Positions 62,530-64,000 of a stretch of 64,000 bases of DNA are shown piece after piece. Each line of letters opens with the position of its first letter. Positions within the stretch are counted from its first letter, which is position 1. Under the pieces are notes generated by a model that worked only from the letters and a program-made list of their open reading frames with translations, made no database searches and was not told the DNA's origin. The DNA comes from Candidatus Binatia bacterium (GTDB lineage: Bacteria; Desulfobacterota; Binatia; UBA9968; JAJDTQ01): the NCBI GenBank assembly GCA_963666515.2, contig OY762897.2, forward strand, positions 3,808,001 to 3,872,000. The letters run 5' to 3'. A program made the position numbers and the translations under genes.

Positions 62530-64000
62530 ATGAGCCCGAACACAGACTCGTTCACGCTGCTTGAAGCCACCATCGCCGACATCCACGCCGCTTATGCCGC
62601 GGGCAGCCTCACCGCGCGCCAACTGGCGCAGATGTACATCGACCGCATCGACGCCTATGACCGGGGCGGTCCCCGGATCAACTCCATCATCACGGTGAAC
62701 CCGGCGGCGTTGGAGGAGGCGGACCGCCTGGACGCGGCGTACAAGCAATCGGGCAAGACGGGGCCGCTCCACGGCATCCCGGTGGTCATCAAGGATCAGG
62801 CGGACTTGAAGGGCACCCCCACCACCCTGGGTTCGGTGCTTTTCAAGGACTACTACCCGGATCGGGACTGCCGGGTGGTGGAGAAGCTCAAGGAGGCCGG
62901 CGCCATCGTGCTGGCCAAGACCACGCTGGGCGAGCTGGGCGCAGGCGATACCCACGGCTCGCTGTTCGGCTCCACCCGAAACCCCTATGACGTGGAGCGC
63001 ACCGTGGGCGGCTCGTCGGGCGGCTCCGGCGCCGCGGTCTCGGCCAACTTCGGCGCCGTCGGCATCGGGCAGGAGGGCATGGCCTCCATACGCCGGCCCT
63101 CCACCTGGAACTGCATCGCCGGCATGCGTCCCACCGCCGGCCTGGTGAGCCGGACCGGCGTCTATTCCGGCTGGCCGCAGGAAGCCGGATCGTTGGGCCC
63201 CATGGCGCGCACGGTGAGGGACATGGCCGTGCTGCTGGACGTGATGGCCGGCTACGACGGCGACGACCCGCTCACCTCCAGGGGGGTGGGGCACGTCCCG
63301 CCGAGCTACACCGACTTCCTGGATGCGGACGGCCTGCGCGGCGCCCGGATCGGCATCCTGCGGGAGCCCATGGGCATCAACAGCGATCCCGAGGCGGAAG
63401 ATTTCAAGAGCATCACGGCGATCCTCGACAACGCGGTCGAGGAGCTTCGGGCCGCCGGCGCCGAGGTGGTGGACCCGGCGGAGCTGGCGCGGCTCAACGA
63501 GTTGCTGGCCAGGCGCCGCGCCCACCCCACCACCGGGGAGACGGCCTTCGGGGTCTACATGGCCCGTAGCGCCAACCCGCCGTACAGGACGCGCGAAGAC
63601 GCCATGAACTCGCCGGAGTTCGCCAAGCTGTCGGACCAGGCCAAGGTACGGCTCAAGACCACCTCCGACCCCGCGGAACACTACGAGTACCTGCTGGCGC
63701 GGGACCACCTCATGATCCACCTGCTCAAGACCATGGCCGAGCACCGGCTGGACGCCATCGTCCACAAGTCCGTGGAGCACCAGCCCACGCTGATCGTCGA
63801 CGGCGTCAACCCGCCTTACGTCAACCACACGGGAGCGCCGCACCTGAACACGTTCCTCGTTTACGTGCCCACGGTCGTGGTGCCCGCAGGATTCACCACC
63901 GACGGCCTCCCGGCGGGCATCAGCTTCCTCGGACGGCCCTACGACGACGGCCGCATGATCCGGCTCGCCTACGCCTACGAGCAGGCCACCCATCACCGGA
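62530..64000 (+). CDS. Amidase signature family protein (3' end cut by the window edge; absent from the ORF track)
   Basis: Manual translation: MSPNTDSFTLLEATIADIH..., GPLHGIPVVIKD, GGSSGGSGAAV, SIRRPS, ...LAYAYEQATHHR; RBS GGAGG. Confidence 0.9.
   Translation, partial: MSPNTDSFTLLEATIADIHAAYAAGSLTARQLAQMYIDRIDAYDRGGPRINSIITVNPAALEEADRLDAAYKQSGKTGPLHGIPVVIKDQADLKGTPTTLGSVLFKDYYPDRDCRVVEKLKEAGAIVLAKTTLGELGAGDTHGSLFGSTRNPYDVERTVGGSSGGSGAAVSANFGAVGIGQEGMASIRRPSTWNCIAGMRPTAGLVSRTGVYSGWPQEAGSLGPMARTVRDMAVLLDVMAGYDGDDPLTSRGVGHVPPSYTDFLDADGLRGARIGILREPMGINSDPEAEDFKSITAILDNAVEELRAAGAEVVDPAELARLNELLARRRAHPTTGETAFGVYMARSANPPYRTREDAMNSPEFAKLSDQAKVRLKTTSDPAEHYEYLLARDHLMIHLLKTMAEHRLDAIVHKSVEHQPTLIVDGVNPPYVNHTGAPHLNTFLVYVPTVVVPAGFTTDGLPAGISFLGRPYDDGRMIRLAYAYEQATHHR

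Overview
High-GC bacterial chromosomal window with about 55 genes; no rRNA, tRNA or CRISPR array was seen. 0-18 kb is a metal-homeostasis region. It holds a FutA-type Fe(III)-binding protein, a DtxR/MntR regulator, a SCO protein, an unusual operon (DUF318/ArsP-type permease fused to an HflK-type SPFH domain, plus separate HflC and HflK genes, no ftsH in the window) and two convergent ZnuABC-type transporters, one with a ~113-aa His-rich repeat. 18-44 kb carries catabolic genes (carboxyltransferase, FAD oxidoreductase-nitrilase-deacetylase operon, LigB-like dioxygenase cluster, Mo-hydroxylase large subunit, AcuI, hydantoinase A/B), plus msrA, uup and several toxin-antitoxin modules. A complete IS256 element (26-bp TIRs, 9-bp TSD) splits a zeta-toxin-like ATPase gene. 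44.6-59 kb looks like a stress/conflict region: a five-gene operon (931-aa helical protein, non-canonical J-domain protein, GrpE, Hsp70 paralogue, Zn-ribbon/TPR protein), an RHH-MazF pair, a SWIM-SNF2 helicase with an apparent degenerate MNT-HEPN-like tail coupled to SRAP, and a doubly frameshifted ABC-ATPase + PIN pair. Intergenic regions carry at least three families of REP-like palindromes. The best candidates for undescribed systems are the permease-HflK/HflC/HflK operon and the specialised Hsp70 operon, possibly linked to the SNF2-SRAP pair. All assignments come from reading motifs by eye; no database searches were run.
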